Position numbers and translations under genes: made by a program. From assembly GCA_947496375.1 (NCBI GenBank), contig CANMCY010000003.1, forward strand, positions 11,568-75,567: a DNA stretch of 64,000 nt. Reading direction: 5' to 3'. This DNA comes from Flavobacteriales bacterium (lineage in GTDB: Bacteria > Bacteroidota > Bacteroidia > NS11-12g > UBA955). This document shows positions 9,267 through 19,469 of the stretch, piece by piece. Below the pieces are notes generated by a model that worked only from the letters and a program-made list of their open reading frames with translations, searched no databases and was not told where the DNA came from. The stretch's first letter is position 1. Every line of letters starts with the position of its first letter.

Positions 9267-10057
9267 TGCATTCTGCATTGCTGTTAGCCACCATGGAAGC
9301 ATGCCGCAGCGCGGGTGAATTCCAGTTAAACCATTTTCAGCACGTTACGTCAGATGCAGTATCAGACAAGGGTTTAAACCAACTGGTGAGTTTCGTAGAT
9401 GTGGAAAGCGAGAAAATGCTGGTGGAAAGATTACAAATAATCAGACCGGATGCAGGGTTTATCACAGAAGAAAACACCGCTCCCAAAGCCACAGAAAACC
9501 CGGTGGTATGGATTATTGACCCGCTGGACGGAACCACCAACTTTTTACATGGTCTACAGGTATTTTCCATTAGTGTGGCCCTCATGGAACATGGTGTAAT
9601 TACCGTCGGCGTGGTGTATGCACCAGCCCTGAATGAGATGTTTTGCGCAGAAAGAGGAAAGGGCGCCTTTCTCAATGACAACCCCATAAGGGTAAGCGGA
9701 GTCTGCCATCTAAGTGCATCGTTGATCGCCACCGGTTTTCCCTACCATGAATTTCAGCAAACCGCCGCCTACCTGAGTTTGCTGGAAGTATTAATGAAAA
9801 AAACCCATGGCCTGAGAAGAATGGGTTCTGCTGCCATTGACCTGGCCTATACCGCATGCGGACGTTTTGACGGATTTTACGAAACCGGCCTGAATGCATG
9901 GGATGTGGCCGCCGGTGCCCTGCTGGTAGAAGAAGCAGGCGGTAAAGTAAGTGATTTTCAATCCCGGTCAAACTACCTGTTTGGCAAACAAATAGTGGCG
10001 GCAGCACCCGGCGTATACAGGGATTTACAGTCAAACACCCTGTCATATTTGGGATAG
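9266..10057 (+). CDS. Inositol monophosphatase family protein (SuhB-like)
   Basis: WIIDPLDGTTNF metal-binding motif and GSAAIDLAYTACGRFDGFYE...WDVAAGALLVEEAGG. The ATG at 9266 overlaps the protease stop (TGATG). Confidence 0.85.
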   Translation: MHSALLLATMEACRSAGEFQLNHFQHVTSDAVSDKGLNQLVSFVDVESEKMLVERLQIIRPDAGFITEENTAPKATENPVVWIIDPLDGTTNFLHGLQVFSISVALMEHGVITVGVVYAPALNEMFCAERGKGAFLNDNPIRVSGVCHLSASLIATGFPYHEFQQTAAYLSLLEVLMKKTHGLRRMGSAAIDLAYTACGRFDGFYETGLNAWDVAAGALLVEEAGGKVSDFQSRSNYLFGKQIVAAAPGVYRDLQSNTLSYLG

Positions 10058-10087
10058 CCGTTTTTCCTTGCTAATTTGCAATCGGAT

Positions 10088-10750
10088 ATGTTTTGGCTCA
10101 CACCCATATTTAAAGGAATTGCGCAGGGGTTTCTGATCAGCATTCTCAGTTTTGGTCCTTCCTTTTTTACCCTCATCAATTCAGGAATTAAAGGCGGAAG
10201 AGCTGAAGGTCTGCGTGTGGCACTCGGGATTTTCCTCAGTGAACTCATCATGGCGCTCATTTGCTTTTTTGGGCTTTCCCGATTTTTTATCCTGCCCGAG
10301 TTTCAACTGGCATTTTCATTTTTTGCTGCATCCGCAATTTCTTATCTGGGTTTAAAGGGTTTTTATAAAAAATATCAGCAATTTTTACGCAGTATTGAAC
10401 AACCTGCTGCAAAAAGCAAATCCTTTTTTAAAGGATTTATATTAAATCTCATAAATCCCTTCGTATTATTTCTTTGGATTGGATTATTGGCAATCGTATC
10501 GGTATATTACGATAAAGCAGACCCCCACTATCAAACATCCATATTATTAAATTTAGTTTCCATACTCTTTACCCTATTTTTAATGGATCTGGGTAAAGTT
10601 TTTCTCAGTGATTTTTTGGGACGTAAACTGAGTAGAAGGGTATACTATTACGTTAATAAATATTTTGGTTTAATACTTATTATTATTGGTATATATTTCT
10701 TTTATCATTTTACAACCCTGCTTATTGATTATTTAGCCGGTGACCATTGA
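10088..10750 (+). CDS. LysE/RhtB-family amino-acid efflux protein
   Basis: About six TM helices. The N-terminus FKGIAQGFLISILSFGPSFFTLINSGIKGG is LysE-like, as is LNLINPFVLFLW. The start is placed at the first ATG; the track start at 10076 is a TTG. Confidence 0.65.
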   Translation: MFWLTPIFKGIAQGFLISILSFGPSFFTLINSGIKGGRAEGLRVALGIFLSELIMALICFFGLSRFFILPEFQLAFSFFAASAISYLGLKGFYKKYQQFLRSIEQPAAKSKSFFKGFILNLINPFVLFLWIGLLAIVSVYYDKADPHYQTSILLNLVSILFTLFLMDLGKVFLSDFLGRKLSRRVYYYVNKYFGLILIIIGIYFFYHFTTLLIDYLAGDH

Positions 10751-11630
10751 CATCAACATACTGCTGAATGTCGTACTCGGCATGATCATGTTCGGATTGG
10801 GTCTCTCCCTTACCAAAGAAGACTTTAAACACTTGTTCGATCAGCCAAGGGCACTCAGTATTGGTCTTGCGTCTCAAATGCTGTTGCTGCCATTGCTTGC
10901 ATGGATTATAGCAAAACAAAGCGCACTGAGCGCAGAAATGCAGGTAGGAATTATGATTTTATCGGTTTGCCCGGGTGGAATCACCAGTAATCTCGTGAGT
11001 TACTACGTTAAGGGAAATGTTGCCCTGGCCATCAGTCTCACGGTTTGTAATGCATTGCTTTCCCTTTTTTCCATTCCCATTATGGTCAATATTTTTCTGC
11101 AGCATTTTATGAACTCCGGCAGAATGATCGAACTCCCTTTTTGGGGAACCCTTTTCGATATTTTTATCGTAACCGTTATGCCCGCTATACTCGGAATGCT
11201 GGCACGATACCAGTTTGGAAAGCATGCCATAAAAATGGAAAAATCACTCAATGTAATTTTGCCCATTCTACTGCTAATGGTTTTTGCATTCAAGTTTCTG
11301 GCAGGCAGTGATAAAGGAGGCACCGCCATGACTTCCCAAGATTTGCGTGTACTTTCCATTTGGATGATTGCCCTTAATATCGGCAGCATGATTACCGGTT
11401 ATGTTGCCGGTGTACTAGGAAAACTGTCGTTTAAAAACCGCATCACCATTGCGGTTGAAGTGGGACTCCACAATACCGCACTCGCACTGCTTATCGCAGG
11501 AGATAAACTTGAAATTCCTGTAATGGAAAAACCGGCCCTGGTTTATGCCTTGTATTCATTTGCCATCACGTTTCTGGTTGCCTGGGCCTTAATGAAACTC
11601 GATACGGCATGGAAAAAAGAAACACGGTAG
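10740..11630 (+). CDS. Bile acid:sodium symporter (BASS) family transporter
   Basis: GMIMFGLGLSLTKEDF and ILSVCPGGITSNLVSYYVKGNVALAISLT are characteristic of the family. The start is GTG and overlaps the upstream gene by 11 nt. Confidence 0.8.
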   Translation: MTIDINILLNVVLGMIMFGLGLSLTKEDFKHLFDQPRALSIGLASQMLLLPLLAWIIAKQSALSAEMQVGIMILSVCPGGITSNLVSYYVKGNVALAISLTVCNALLSLFSIPIMVNIFLQHFMNSGRMIELPFWGTLFDIFIVTVMPAILGMLARYQFGKHAIKMEKSLNVILPILLLMVFAFKFLAGSDKGGTAMTSQDLRVLSIWMIALNIGSMITGYVAGVLGKLSFKNRITIAVEVGLHNTALALLIAGDKLEIPVMEKPALVYALYSFAITFLVAWALMKLDTAWKKETR

Positions 11631-11638
11631 TAATTTTG
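11631..11638 (+). promoter_or_regulatory. Candidate -7 promoter box TAATTTTG
   Basis: Exact TAnnTTTG match, 24 nt upstream of the ATG at 11663. Confidence 0.4.
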
Positions 11639-11662
11639 ACCTCGATTCCATAAACCTATTTT

Positions 11663-13057
11663 ATGTATCCAAAAAACGTACTTTCTTACCTCTATTATGT
11701 GGGTTTTATCCTATTATTGGCCAACTGCGGGGGTATTAAACCCAAGGCACCCACGGCCGCGAATCAAACCCTTCCACCCAAACCGTTACCCGCGGTGATT
11801 TCCAATATTCATATCCCCATAAAAGTGGAAATGAAGCCCTTCTTTAAAATGGCAGATGATGCCTTTGATAAAGAATTCAAGGGCAGCGACAAACCCTGTT
11901 CTGGGCTGCGTTATGATTACAAAGTAAAACGCGAATCCTTACAGATTGAAGGAAGCGGAAAAACCGTAAATCTCAATCTGGATATGGCTTATGGATTTAA
12001 GGGCGAATATTGTGCTGCCTGCCTGTTTGATGCGTGTGTAAACCCACCTATCCCTTTTTCCTGCGGCTGGAATGAAAAACTAAGAAGGGTCAACGTAAAG
12101 CTGGCTTCAGACATAGAAATCATGCCCAACTACCGGATAAAATCATCATCCCGTTTCACCGATATCAAAACCATCGATCCCTGCGAAGTAACCTTTGCTA
12201 ACATCAATATTAACAGCATTCTCCAAAGTCAGCTGAAACCCCAGCTGGGTAAGTTTGCAGGCATTATTGATGCCGAAGTTGCCAAACAGGATTTGAAACC
12301 CTATATCAAACCCGTCTGGGATGCGCTACAGGGGGATATTAAGATAGACAGGGTTGGCTACCTGAGATTTCAGCCCAAAGAAATCTCCCTCGGTGAAATC
12401 AACATGAATGGTTCTCAACTTAGCTTTTCTGTGGGATTGAAAGCAGCCCCTATCATAGCTTCTGCCTCCTCTGCTGCCTCGCCGGCCGTTCTGCCCAATT
12501 TATCTGCATACAAAAAAAATACAGGATTTGAAGTCTACACGGATTTGTACCTGAATTACGATTCACTCTCAGCCCAGGTTTACAGTACCATAAAAGACCA
12601 GGTGTTTGAAATGGGCGGAAAAAAAATCAAGGTTACTTACCTGAAACTTTTTCCCGCCAAAGAAAAACTGGGGGTGGAAGTGGGCTTTACAGGCAGCAAT
12701 AAAGGGACTTTTTATCTGCTAAGTGTTCCTGAGTTTAATGCCAAAACATCTCAACTGCGGCTCAAACAGGTGGAATACGATATAGAAACCAAAAATGTGC
12801 TCATCAAATCTGCCAAATGGCTGCTGGATGAAACCATCCGAAAGAAAATGGAAGAACAAATGGTTTTCGACGTGTCCGACCTTATGAAACTGACCCGGGA
12901 ATCCATACACGCTTCCCTCAACCAGAAAATGGACTTCGGCGTGCGGCTGCAGGGCAGTTTACAAGACCTCGATATCAAAGACTACAGCATACAGCCCGAT
13001 GCATTGGTGGTGCGTGCACTCACAAAGGGTAATCTTCAGGTATTCATCAATCAATAA
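11663..13057 (+). CDS. Hypothetical lipoprotein (possibly DUF4403-like)
   Basis: Lipobox LLLANCGG. It is a 464-aa soluble-looking protein with no catalytic motif I can name. The DUF4403 label rests only on my memory of size and pattern. Confidence 0.55.
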   Translation: MYPKNVLSYLYYVGFILLLANCGGIKPKAPTAANQTLPPKPLPAVISNIHIPIKVEMKPFFKMADDAFDKEFKGSDKPCSGLRYDYKVKRESLQIEGSGKTVNLNLDMAYGFKGEYCAACLFDACVNPPIPFSCGWNEKLRRVNVKLASDIEIMPNYRIKSSSRFTDIKTIDPCEVTFANININSILQSQLKPQLGKFAGIIDAEVAKQDLKPYIKPVWDALQGDIKIDRVGYLRFQPKEISLGEINMNGSQLSFSVGLKAAPIIASASSAASPAVLPNLSAYKKNTGFEVYTDLYLNYDSLSAQVYSTIKDQVFEMGGKKIKVTYLKLFPAKEKLGVEVGFTGSNKGTFYLLSVPEFNAKTSQLRLKQVEYDIETKNVLIKSAKWLLDETIRKKMEEQMVFDVSDLMKLTRESIHASLNQKMDFGVRLQGSLQDLDIKDYSIQPDALVVRALTKGNLQVFINQ

Positions 13058-13116
13058 ATCTGTCCAAAGAATTGAACGTGTTAACAAGCCGAAAACACGT
13101 TACTTATCGCGTTGGG

Positions 13117-13124
13117 TACTTTTG
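13117..13124 (+). promoter_or_regulatory. Candidate -7 promoter box TACTTTTG
   Basis: Exact TAnnTTTG match, only 5 nt upstream of the ATG at 13130 (near-leaderless geometry). Confidence 0.4.
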
Positions 13125-13129
13125 TGTGA

Positions 13130-14092
13130 ATGAAATACGCGTGGCTGTTGCTGGCAGGCCTGATGATGACTGCCTGTGTTACCAAGAAAAAATACCAGGA
13201 TCTGGAAAATTCAAAAAAGGAACTGGAAGAAAAACTCAATAAAAAAATTGGTGATTGTGAGAATCAAAGTGCTGAATACCTGGGCCGTATCAGTGAACTA
13301 GACGGCAATATTGCAGCGCTGGACAACCGCATCGGTAAATTGCATGATTCTTTGGGAAACTGCAGGGTAAGATTATCTGAAAATCAGGATTACATAAGAA
13401 GTCTCGGTGACCGCCTCGATGAACAGAAAAAAAGACTGGCAGCAGAACTTGATACAAAAAACAAAACGCTGCAAACCAAAGAGCTGGAACTGAACAATGC
13501 ATTGGCCAAAGCAGAGGAAGAACGCATAATGCTGGAAAACCTGCGCAAGGAATTGGAGAAAACCGTTGCCCGGGTTAGGGTTCTGGAAAATGAACTCAGC
13601 CGAAAAGACAGCGCCGTTAAGGCCCTTAAGGATGAAATCGCCAAGGCACTGGCCGGATTTGACGAACTCGATATCAAGGTAGAATACCGAAACGGCAAGG
13701 TTTATGTGAGTCTGGCAGAGAAATTATTGTTCAAAAGCGGAAGTACCTCCGTCGATCCCAAAGGTCAGGAAGCCCTGCTGAAACTGGCTGCAGCCCTCAA
13801 TAAAAAACCTGATGTTACCGTAACCGTAGAGGGCCATACCGACAACAAACCCATGAATGGGGAGAAAATCAAGGACAACTGGGATCTGAGCGTGCTGCGC
13901 GCCACCAGTATTGTGCGCATTATGACTGAAGATGGCAAGATGAGCGCCAAAAGGGTCACCGCCAGCGGCCGCGCAGCAAATGCCCCTATCGCTGATAATG
14001 AATCTGCAGAAGGCAGGGCCAAGAACCGCCGCACTGAAATCATCCTCACACCCAAACTGGATAAGATTTTCGAAATCCTGAACAACAACTGA
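13130..14092 (+). CDS. OmpA-family lipoprotein with long N-terminal coiled coil
   Basis: Lipobox LMMTAC, then ~170 aa of heptad-like charged sequence. The OmpA_C peptidoglycan-binding domain follows (VTVEGHTDNKP...NWDLSVLRATSIV...NRRTEIIL). Confidence 0.85.
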   Translation: MKYAWLLLAGLMMTACVTKKKYQDLENSKKELEEKLNKKIGDCENQSAEYLGRISELDGNIAALDNRIGKLHDSLGNCRVRLSENQDYIRSLGDRLDEQKKRLAAELDTKNKTLQTKELELNNALAKAEEERIMLENLRKELEKTVARVRVLENELSRKDSAVKALKDEIAKALAGFDELDIKVEYRNGKVYVSLAEKLLFKSGSTSVDPKGQEALLKLAAALNKKPDVTVTVEGHTDNKPMNGEKIKDNWDLSVLRATSIVRIMTEDGKMSAKRVTASGRAANAPIADNESAEGRAKNRRTEIILTPKLDKIFEILNNN

Positions 14093-14097
14093 TTGCC

Positions 14098-14559
14098 TTG
14101 AGCATACTGATTGCAGCCATCGAAAACCACAAAGACCCTGCTATCGATGCGCTCTGTGAAAAATACCTGCAACGGCTAAACGGGCCCTGGAAAACCGCTC
14201 TGCATCGGCTTCCCGCAGCACGAATCAAAGATGCTGACAAACAAAAACAGATTGAAACTGAAACCCTGCAGAAAATCATCAGACCCGATGATGTAGTACT
14301 GCTCTGCGATGAACATGGAAAAACTCATGACAGCAAAGCATTCTCTACCCTAATACAGACCAGACTCGATACGCTGCGCGGAAGACTCATCATCGGCATT
14401 GGTGGTGCATACGGCTTCTCCCCCGATTTTATGAAAATTTACCCCTGCATTCGTTTGTCGGATATGACACTGCCGCACCACCTCGCCCGGCTGCTGCTTT
14501 GCGAGCAATTGTATCGCGCCATGTGCATCCAAAAAGGCAGCGCTTACCACCATGCCTGA
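14098..14559 (+). CDS. rlmH: 23S rRNA (pseudouridine1915-N3)-methyltransferase
   Basis: SPOUT-type C-terminus IGGAYGFSPDF...LSDMTLPHHLARLLLCEQLYRA....GSAYHH. The start is TTG. Confidence 0.85.
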   Translation: MSILIAAIENHKDPAIDALCEKYLQRLNGPWKTALHRLPAARIKDADKQKQIETETLQKIIRPDDVVLLCDEHGKTHDSKAFSTLIQTRLDTLRGRLIIGIGGAYGFSPDFMKIYPCIRLSDMTLPHHLARLLLCEQLYRAMCIQKGSAYHHA

Positions 14560-14583
14560 GTTTTTACCTATTTTCGCGGTAAA

Positions 14584-16356
14584 ATGAATATTGAGCAGGA
14601 AATATCGCTGCAGATTGATCGCGCCATAACAGAACTGTACGGTGAAAATCCCACCACCGCAAAGCTGGAAAAAACCAATAAGGACTTTACGGGTAACTAC
14701 ACGTTCGTTGTTTTCCCCTTACTGAGAATCAGCAAAAAAAAACCGGAGGAAACTGCCGCTGAAATTGGAGAAAAACTCATACAAATCGGGCATCCGGTTG
14801 TGGCGTACAATGTAGTAAAGGGCTTTCTGAACCTAAGTGTATCCGATACACTATGGCAGAATTTACTGCACAAAAACTGGAATAATCCCGGTTATGGTAT
14901 TCAGCACAATACGGCAAATCGTGTGATGGTGGAGTATTCCTCACCCAATACCAACAAACCCCTTCACCTGGGCCACATACGCAATAATCTGCTCGGTTAC
15001 AGCATAGCAGAAATCATGAAAGCCGGTGGCTATGAGGTAATCAAAGCCAACCTTATCAACGATCGTGGCATTCACATCTGCAAAAGCATGCTGGCCTGGC
15101 AGCTTTTTGGAAATGGAGAAACCCCCGAAAGTTCCGGCACGAAAGGAGATCATCTGGTGGGCAAATACTATGTGGCATTCGATAAGGCCTACAAAGCTGA
15201 AATTGACGAAATGGTGGCCGGTGGAATGGATAAAGAAGAAGCAGAAAAATCGGCTCCGTTGCTGCTGCAAACCCAGGAAATGCTGAGACAATGGGAAGCC
15301 GGAGACCCCGATGTAATCGAACTATGGAAAACCATGAACGGATGGGTTTACAAGGGCTTTAATCATACCTACAATCGTCTTGGAGTCGATTTTGATAAGT
15401 TCTACTACGAAAGCAATACCTATACCCTGGGAAAAGATATCGTGTCAGAAGGGCTTGAAAAAGGGGTTTTCTATCGCAAAGATGATGGCTCCGTATGGAT
15501 CGATCTGACTGCGGAAGGCCTGGACCATAAACTGGTATTGCGCAAAGACGGCACATCCGTTTACATCACCCAGGATATTGGCACAGCCGATGAAAAATTC
15601 AGGGAATTCGGCACAGAGAAGAGCATTTATGTGGTGGGTAACGAACAGGATTACCACTTTAAAGTACTATTCCTCATCATGCAGAAACTGGGCCGTAAGT
15701 ATGCATCGGGAATGTATCACCTGAGCTACGGAATGGTGGATTTACCCAGCGGTAAAATGAAAAGCCGCGAAGGCACCGTGGTAGATGCCGACGACCTGCT
15801 GGATGAAATGCATGATACTGCCAAAGCCAAAACCCTTGAACTGGGTAAAACAGAGGGAATGGCAGACGCCGAACTCGATACCCTGTATGAAAAACTGGGA
15901 CTGGCAGCCCTCAAGTTCTTTATCCTGAAAGTAGATCCCAAAAAGCGCATGTTGTTTAACCCGGAGGAGAGCATCGATTTTCAGGGTGATACAGGACCAT
16001 TTGTACTGTATACCTACGCCCGCATTCAAAGCATGCTCAAACAGGCCGGCAACGATTGGCAAACCCCGTCCGGAGAATCACCTACGTTGCTGCCCGCTGA
16101 AAGAGATGCTTTGGAATGCCTGTATGCTTTTCCCGAAGCGGTTAGCATGGCCTGCCGCGATTATAACCCTGCGGTGATTGCCCACTATAGTCTGGACCTG
16201 GCGAAGTCATTCAACAGACTCTACAATGAACTGTCTTTTCTTAAAGAAACAGACCCGGCAAAGCGGGCTGCCCGTCTTCAGATAGCGGCATTTACCGCCA
16301 ACACGCTCCATAATGCCTGCCGATTACTCGGCATAGAAACGGTGGACCGAATGTAA
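14584..16356 (+). CDS. argS: Arginine--tRNA ligase
   Basis: Class-I motifs SSPNTNKPLHLGHIRN (HIGH-type) and SGKMKSREG (KMSKS-type). The anticodon-binding tail ends ...GIETVDRM. Confidence 0.95.
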   Translation: MNIEQEISLQIDRAITELYGENPTTAKLEKTNKDFTGNYTFVVFPLLRISKKKPEETAAEIGEKLIQIGHPVVAYNVVKGFLNLSVSDTLWQNLLHKNWNNPGYGIQHNTANRVMVEYSSPNTNKPLHLGHIRNNLLGYSIAEIMKAGGYEVIKANLINDRGIHICKSMLAWQLFGNGETPESSGTKGDHLVGKYYVAFDKAYKAEIDEMVAGGMDKEEAEKSAPLLLQTQEMLRQWEAGDPDVIELWKTMNGWVYKGFNHTYNRLGVDFDKFYYESNTYTLGKDIVSEGLEKGVFYRKDDGSVWIDLTAEGLDHKLVLRKDGTSVYITQDIGTADEKFREFGTEKSIYVVGNEQDYHFKVLFLIMQKLGRKYASGMYHLSYGMVDLPSGKMKSREGTVVDADDLLDEMHDTAKAKTLELGKTEGMADAELDTLYEKLGLAALKFFILKVDPKKRMLFNPEESIDFQGDTGPFVLYTYARIQSMLKQAGNDWQTPSGESPTLLPAERDALECLYAFPEAVSMACRDYNPAVIAHYSLDLAKSFNRLYNELSFLKETDPAKRAARLQIAAFTANTLHNACRLLGIETVDRM

Positions 16357-16364
16357 CAATCCTA

Positions 16365-17165
16365 TTATTTTTCTTCGGTCAGTTTAAAAATTAGACCGGC
16401 CTCCAGCCCAAACTGAGGAATGAAAACGGTTTGCGCTCCGGTTGCCGATGGTAGCAGCGGAACCCGAAGTCGTCCATGAATAAATGCATTGGTCTTCTTA
16501 AACATGATATAGTCGGCCTTATACCCGGCATTCAGCCAGATATTGGCCGGAAACCCTTTAAGCGCATCATCCTGCACCGCAATTCGGGAATCCCCATTGT
16601 TATGAGAAAATCCCAGGGTTTCTACCATCACCCGGTCACGAACCAGCACACCTGCAGACAAACCATAGGTCCACCACAAATCAAAATCTTTCAGATTGCG
16701 GCTATAACCCTCCGCGCTCTGGGCTTTTAAGTAGGAAAACTCCAGGTAGTGATACCTGAAATCCTGATTGATTTGCAAGTGTCCCGAACCCACAAGCCCC
16801 GCTACAATGCCAATCTTGGGATGAATGGTGTCTCCCAGCCGAACCTGTGTAATGGCACGTCTGAAGCCTACAGAAGTATATCCCAGGCCCATGGTAACCG
16901 ATTCCAAAGCATTTTTTTTTCTTGTATAGGCAATCCCCAGATTGATATTCTGACCGGGCCTGTCTGACGAATTCAAAGAGTCCTTAAAGAAACTCTTCGA
17001 TGCATAATATTTTTCCGGCGGCTTAAATCCTGTCATTACCCTAAAACCCAGATTGGGTGCTATGTAAACACTAAGGGTTTGCTCATCCTTATTGCGCTGT
17101 GCAAAAGAAGCATTACCGACAGCCGTCAGCAAGAAAGTCAACGTAACTAAGTGCCTTATTCCCAT
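16365..17165 (-). CDS. Hypothetical outer-membrane beta-barrel protein
   Basis: Signal peptide LLTAVGNASFAQ and alternating beta-strand pattern. The terminus is GLEAGLIFKLTEEK. It overlaps the MATE gene's stop by 10 nt. Confidence 0.55.
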   Translation of the reverse strand: MGIRHLVTLTFLLTAVGNASFAQRNKDEQTLSVYIAPNLGFRVMTGFKPPEKYYASKSFFKDSLNSSDRPGQNINLGIAYTRKKNALESVTMGLGYTSVGFRRAITQVRLGDTIHPKIGIVAGLVGSGHLQINQDFRYHYLEFSYLKAQSAEGYSRNLKDFDLWWTYGLSAGVLVRDRVMVETLGFSHNNGDSRIAVQDDALKGFPANIWLNAGYKADYIMFKKTNAFIHGRLRVPLLPSATGAQTVFIPQFGLEAGLIFKLTEEK

Positions 17166-18535
17166 TGTAATGATTTTAATTTATGATAGAAACGCCATAC
17201 ACCGAAACCTGCAGCTACAAACAGCCCCAGGGTAAAGCCGGTCCATACGCCAAACACTTTGCCATCCAGGATGATACCCAGTATGTAGGAAGCCGGCAGT
17301 GAAACTACCCAATAGGAAATCACAGAAATGATGGATGACCATTTCACATCCGTTATCCCCCTGAGCAGATTCATGGCACCGGCCTGTACTCCGTCTGCCA
17401 GCTGAAACGCCGCTGCTAGGAAAAATAAAGGAAGAATGATGGGCATAACATCCGCTTCTACCCCATACCAGCCCGCTATCTGCTTATTAAACAGTACAAA
17501 AATTAATACGTTCACCAGTTGAAAGACCACTATAATAAAAAACGTGGCATGGGCCACTTTTCGTATGGTTTTTACATTTTTTTCTCCGTATGCATTGCCA
17601 ACCAATATGCTTCCCGCCACAGCCAGTCCACTCACAACCATATAGGCCACGGATGCCACATTCAAAGCTACGGCATGTGCCGCCACCTGCGCTGTACCCA
17701 GCCACCCTACCATTAATCCTGAAATACTAAAACAGGCCCACTCGGCAAAGGTTTGAAGCCCCACCGGCAATCCCAGCTTCCAAAGTGCAGATAGCTGAAT
17801 TTTTATCTGCCCCCAGGGCGGCATTTGCTGCGGCCTGTAGGAGGCAAGAAATCCCGAATAGCGAATATACCAGATACCGGCCAGTGCCATGCCTACGCGG
17901 GCTATCAACGTAGCCCAGGCAGCTCCGCACATTCCCATTTCCGGCATGCCCATGTTTCCATAAATCAAACCATAATTCAGCAATACATTGAGGGCCAGCC
18001 CACCGAAGGTGATTGACATAGCCACTTTGGTATGTCCAAGTCCGTCCGTGTACTGCCTTGATGCCGCAGATAAGAGCATGGGCAAGGCCGAATAATTGAT
18101 GATGCGCAGAAAATCGGGGGTAAGCTGATTGATACTTTGCGCCTGCCCCAGCCACTCAAAGTTTTGAATGATAATTTCAAGCATGGTAAACTGACAGGCA
18201 AACAGCAATATGGCCGCAACCTGCCCTGCCCGGTAAGTGGTAAAAGTTTCCTGCCTCAAACCCTCGCCAAACTGTATGCTAACGCGGGAACTGATGGCAA
18301 ACATTACCCCAAATGTTACACTGGAAACCATGAAAAAGATGCTGTTGGCCTGATTGGCCGCCGCCAGCACATCCTTACCCAGTCGTCCTACCATTAAGGT
18401 ATCTGCTACCCCCATCAACACAATTCCCAGCTGTCCCATAATGATGGGAATGGCCAGGGTGAAGGTTTGTTTTAGAGTTGCCCGATGGGGAGAGAAGAAA
18501 CGTTTCAAGTGGAGCAAAAATACGGCATTAAACAC
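17156..18535 (-). CDS. MATE-family multidrug/sodium efflux transporter
   Basis: 12-TM protein whose N-terminus TLAIPIIMGQLGIVLMGVADTLMVGRLG is typical of the NorM/DinF family. Confidence 0.85.
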   Translation of the reverse strand: MFNAVFLLHLKRFFSPHRATLKQTFTLAIPIIMGQLGIVLMGVADTLMVGRLGKDVLAAANQANSIFFMVSSVTFGVMFAISSRVSIQFGEGLRQETFTTYRAGQVAAILLFACQFTMLEIIIQNFEWLGQAQSINQLTPDFLRIINYSALPMLLSAASRQYTDGLGHTKVAMSITFGGLALNVLLNYGLIYGNMGMPEMGMCGAAWATLIARVGMALAGIWYIRYSGFLASYRPQQMPPWGQIKIQLSALWKLGLPVGLQTFAEWACFSISGLMVGWLGTAQVAAHAVALNVASVAYMVVSGLAVAGSILVGNAYGEKNVKTIRKVAHATFFIIVVFQLVNVLIFVLFNKQIAGWYGVEADVMPIILPLFFLAAAFQLADGVQAGAMNLLRGITDVKWSSIISVISYWVVSLPASYILGIILDGKVFGVWTGFTLGLFVAAGFGVWRFYHKLKSLQWE

Positions 18536-18591
18536 TTAAACACGGTAATGGATGAGGTTTTAAAAAAGTCATCCATACCCAAATCCTACAC

Positions 18592-18879
18592 TTACAAATG
18601 CTGCAAATAACTTTTTATGACGGTTGCATATTCACAAAACGCCTTCTTTCCACTTTCAGTGATATGGCATTTTGTGACCGGATATTTCCCTTTAAAACCT
18701 TTTATGATTTTAATATACCCTGCCTCTTCAAGTTTACCCATTTGCAAACTTAAATTTCCCGCAGTAGCACCTGTTTTTTCTTTAAGGAATGTAAATTCAA
18801 CCTCTTCTATACCAATCAAAACAGACATCACTGCTAATCTTAACTGCGAATGAAGCAAAGGATTTAAATCTTTATACAT
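18592..18879 (-). CDS. Winged-helix transcriptional regulator (HTH_34/ArsR-like small regulator)
   Basis: LHSQLRLAVMSVLIGIEEVEFTFLKEKTGATAGNLSLQMGKLEEAGYI is a wHTH pattern. It overlaps the upstream membrane-protein gene by 8 nt. Confidence 0.7.
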   Translation of the reverse strand: MYKDLNPLLHSQLRLAVMSVLIGIEEVEFTFLKEKTGATAGNLSLQMGKLEEAGYIKIIKGFKGKYPVTKCHITESGKKAFCEYATVIKSYLQHL

Positions 18880-19456
18880 TTTTTACTTGTTTCATAAACA
18901 GTCCGGGTAAAACACAGCAGATAAGAGATGCTAAACTGCACAGCAGGTATTGCCATTCTGTTCCCAGAATTAACGTGAACAAAGAAATTATCATTCCAAT
19001 ACTTCCACCAACAATGGATAATTTATAGCCTGTAATTCCACCTGTAACAAACACCGTAAAACCTAACAGCATAGGATACAGAGATGTTTTGAAATCTACG
19101 TGGGTTTTGATTTCTACAAATCCAAGTATAGCATAACAAATGGCAAAGCCAACAAATCCAAATGCGTACACTTTTTCAAGTTTAGTAACCAGATTCTCAG
19201 TTTGCGCATCTTTATCTTTTCTTATAAATGACAATATTCCTCCAATTGGAAAGACCCCGTAAATAATCAAATCAATGTAATAGTCACTCAAAAGCGGATA
19301 TACAATTTTACAATACCTTAGAAAGAAATGAATCATCAAAATTAAACCCCAAAGAATGTAATAATAATAAGCGCCTGTCTTCTCGTTGCGAACATGGCTG
19401 AGTGCCTCATCAATGATTTTTGCAGAATCTGACGGATTAAGATTGTCTTGTTTCAT
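18872..19456 (-). CDS. Hypothetical polytopic membrane protein (co-operonic with the wHTH regulator)
   Basis: Five or six hydrophobic helices. AT-rich codon usage. No recognisable family. Confidence 0.55.
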   Translation of the reverse strand: MKQDNLNPSDSAKIIDEALSHVRNEKTGAYYYYILWGLILMIHFFLRYCKIVYPLLSDYYIDLIIYGVFPIGGILSFIRKDKDAQTENLVTKLEKVYAFGFVGFAICYAILGFVEIKTHVDFKTSLYPMLLGFTVFVTGGITGYKLSIVGGSIGMIISLFTLILGTEWQYLLCSLASLICCVLPGLFMKQVKNV

Positions 19457-19461
19457 GGTTA

Positions 19462-19469
19462 CAAAAATA
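19462..19469 (-). promoter_or_regulatory. Candidate -7 promoter box (TATTTTTG on the minus strand)
   Basis: The plus strand reads CAAAAATA, 5 nt upstream of the minus-strand ATG at 19456. A 15-bp palindrome lies just upstream at 19475-19489. Confidence 0.35.

Noticed and set aside
10072-10078. TAATTTG 7-mers at 10072-10078 (+) and 32963-32969 (read on the minus strand) as -7 promoter boxes
   Set aside because: They have only one spacer base (TA-n-TTTG), so they do not fit TAnnTTTG. I kept only exact 8-mer matches. The similar CTATTTTCGC strings upstream of argS and acs were also left uncalled.
13075-13101. Hairpin AACGTGTT-(11 nt)-AACACGTT after the 11663-13057 gene
   Set aside because: The 8-bp stem has no following T-run and lies just upstream of the next promoter box. 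It is plausible but not distinguishable from chance.
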